Source: Eukaryota sp. TZLM1-RC (Eukaryota; Protista; Metamonada: BaSk clade). From it: a DNA stretch of 64,000 nucleotides. Under the pieces are notes generated by a model. That model was given only the letters and a program-made list of their open reading frames with translations, was not told the DNA's origin and did no database searches. This document shows positions 63,916-64,000 of this stretch, piece after piece. Each line of letters starts with the position of its first letter. The stretch's first letter is position 1. A program made the position numbers and the translations under genes. The stretch is from assembly GCA_040285825.1 (NCBI GenBank), contig JAUPSS010000004.1:3935784-3999783 (forward strand), written 5' to 3'.

Positions 63916-64000
63916 CAGTTCATTTTCTGTTTCAATGCGCTTGTTAACTGTATTCTTGGTTACGGTCTTATTAGCTGCACATTGTAATGCCTATAGGCGA

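Noticed and set aside
63925-63937. Putative Fanzor guide matching the rDNA spacer (ttctgtttcaatg also at 4799-4811)
   Set aside because: 13 nt AT-rich match, plausible by chance; the guide boundary is unknown.

Overview
AT-rich eukaryotic (protist-like) DNA, probably from a long-read assembly, since homopolymer indels are frequent. (1) About 1-20.3 kb is a ~10 kb x 2 inverted repeat. Each arm carries an rDNA unit (18S-ITS1-5.8S-ITS2-partial 28S), and the two units converge at a scrambled centre. The upstream spacer holds a duplicated ~150 bp block, a ~455 bp sub-repeat and a 5'-truncated RLE retrotransposon. (2) 22.1-40.3 kb is a tandem array of ~37 hairpin-rich ~462 bp units. A CRE-like RLE non-LTR retrotransposon sits in its first unit (12 bp TSD), and five units carry the same ~225 bp 3' fragment of a different retrotransposon (11 bp TSD). 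(3) 40.5-55.2 kb (minus) is one giant ~4,900 aa gene: ARM repeats, ~14 near-identical 198 aa coiled-coil repeats, then more coiled coil and ARM repeats, with a candidate 23 nt intron. (4) 55.3-64 kb holds gene relics (AAR2-like), a full-length CRE-like element with an antisense copy of itself nested in its RT, a third RLE family, and a frameshifted Fanzor (eukaryotic TnpB) whose three RuvC acidic residues are intact, followed by a strongly structured candidate omegaRNA. All family assignments are from motif recognition by eye, not from database searches.
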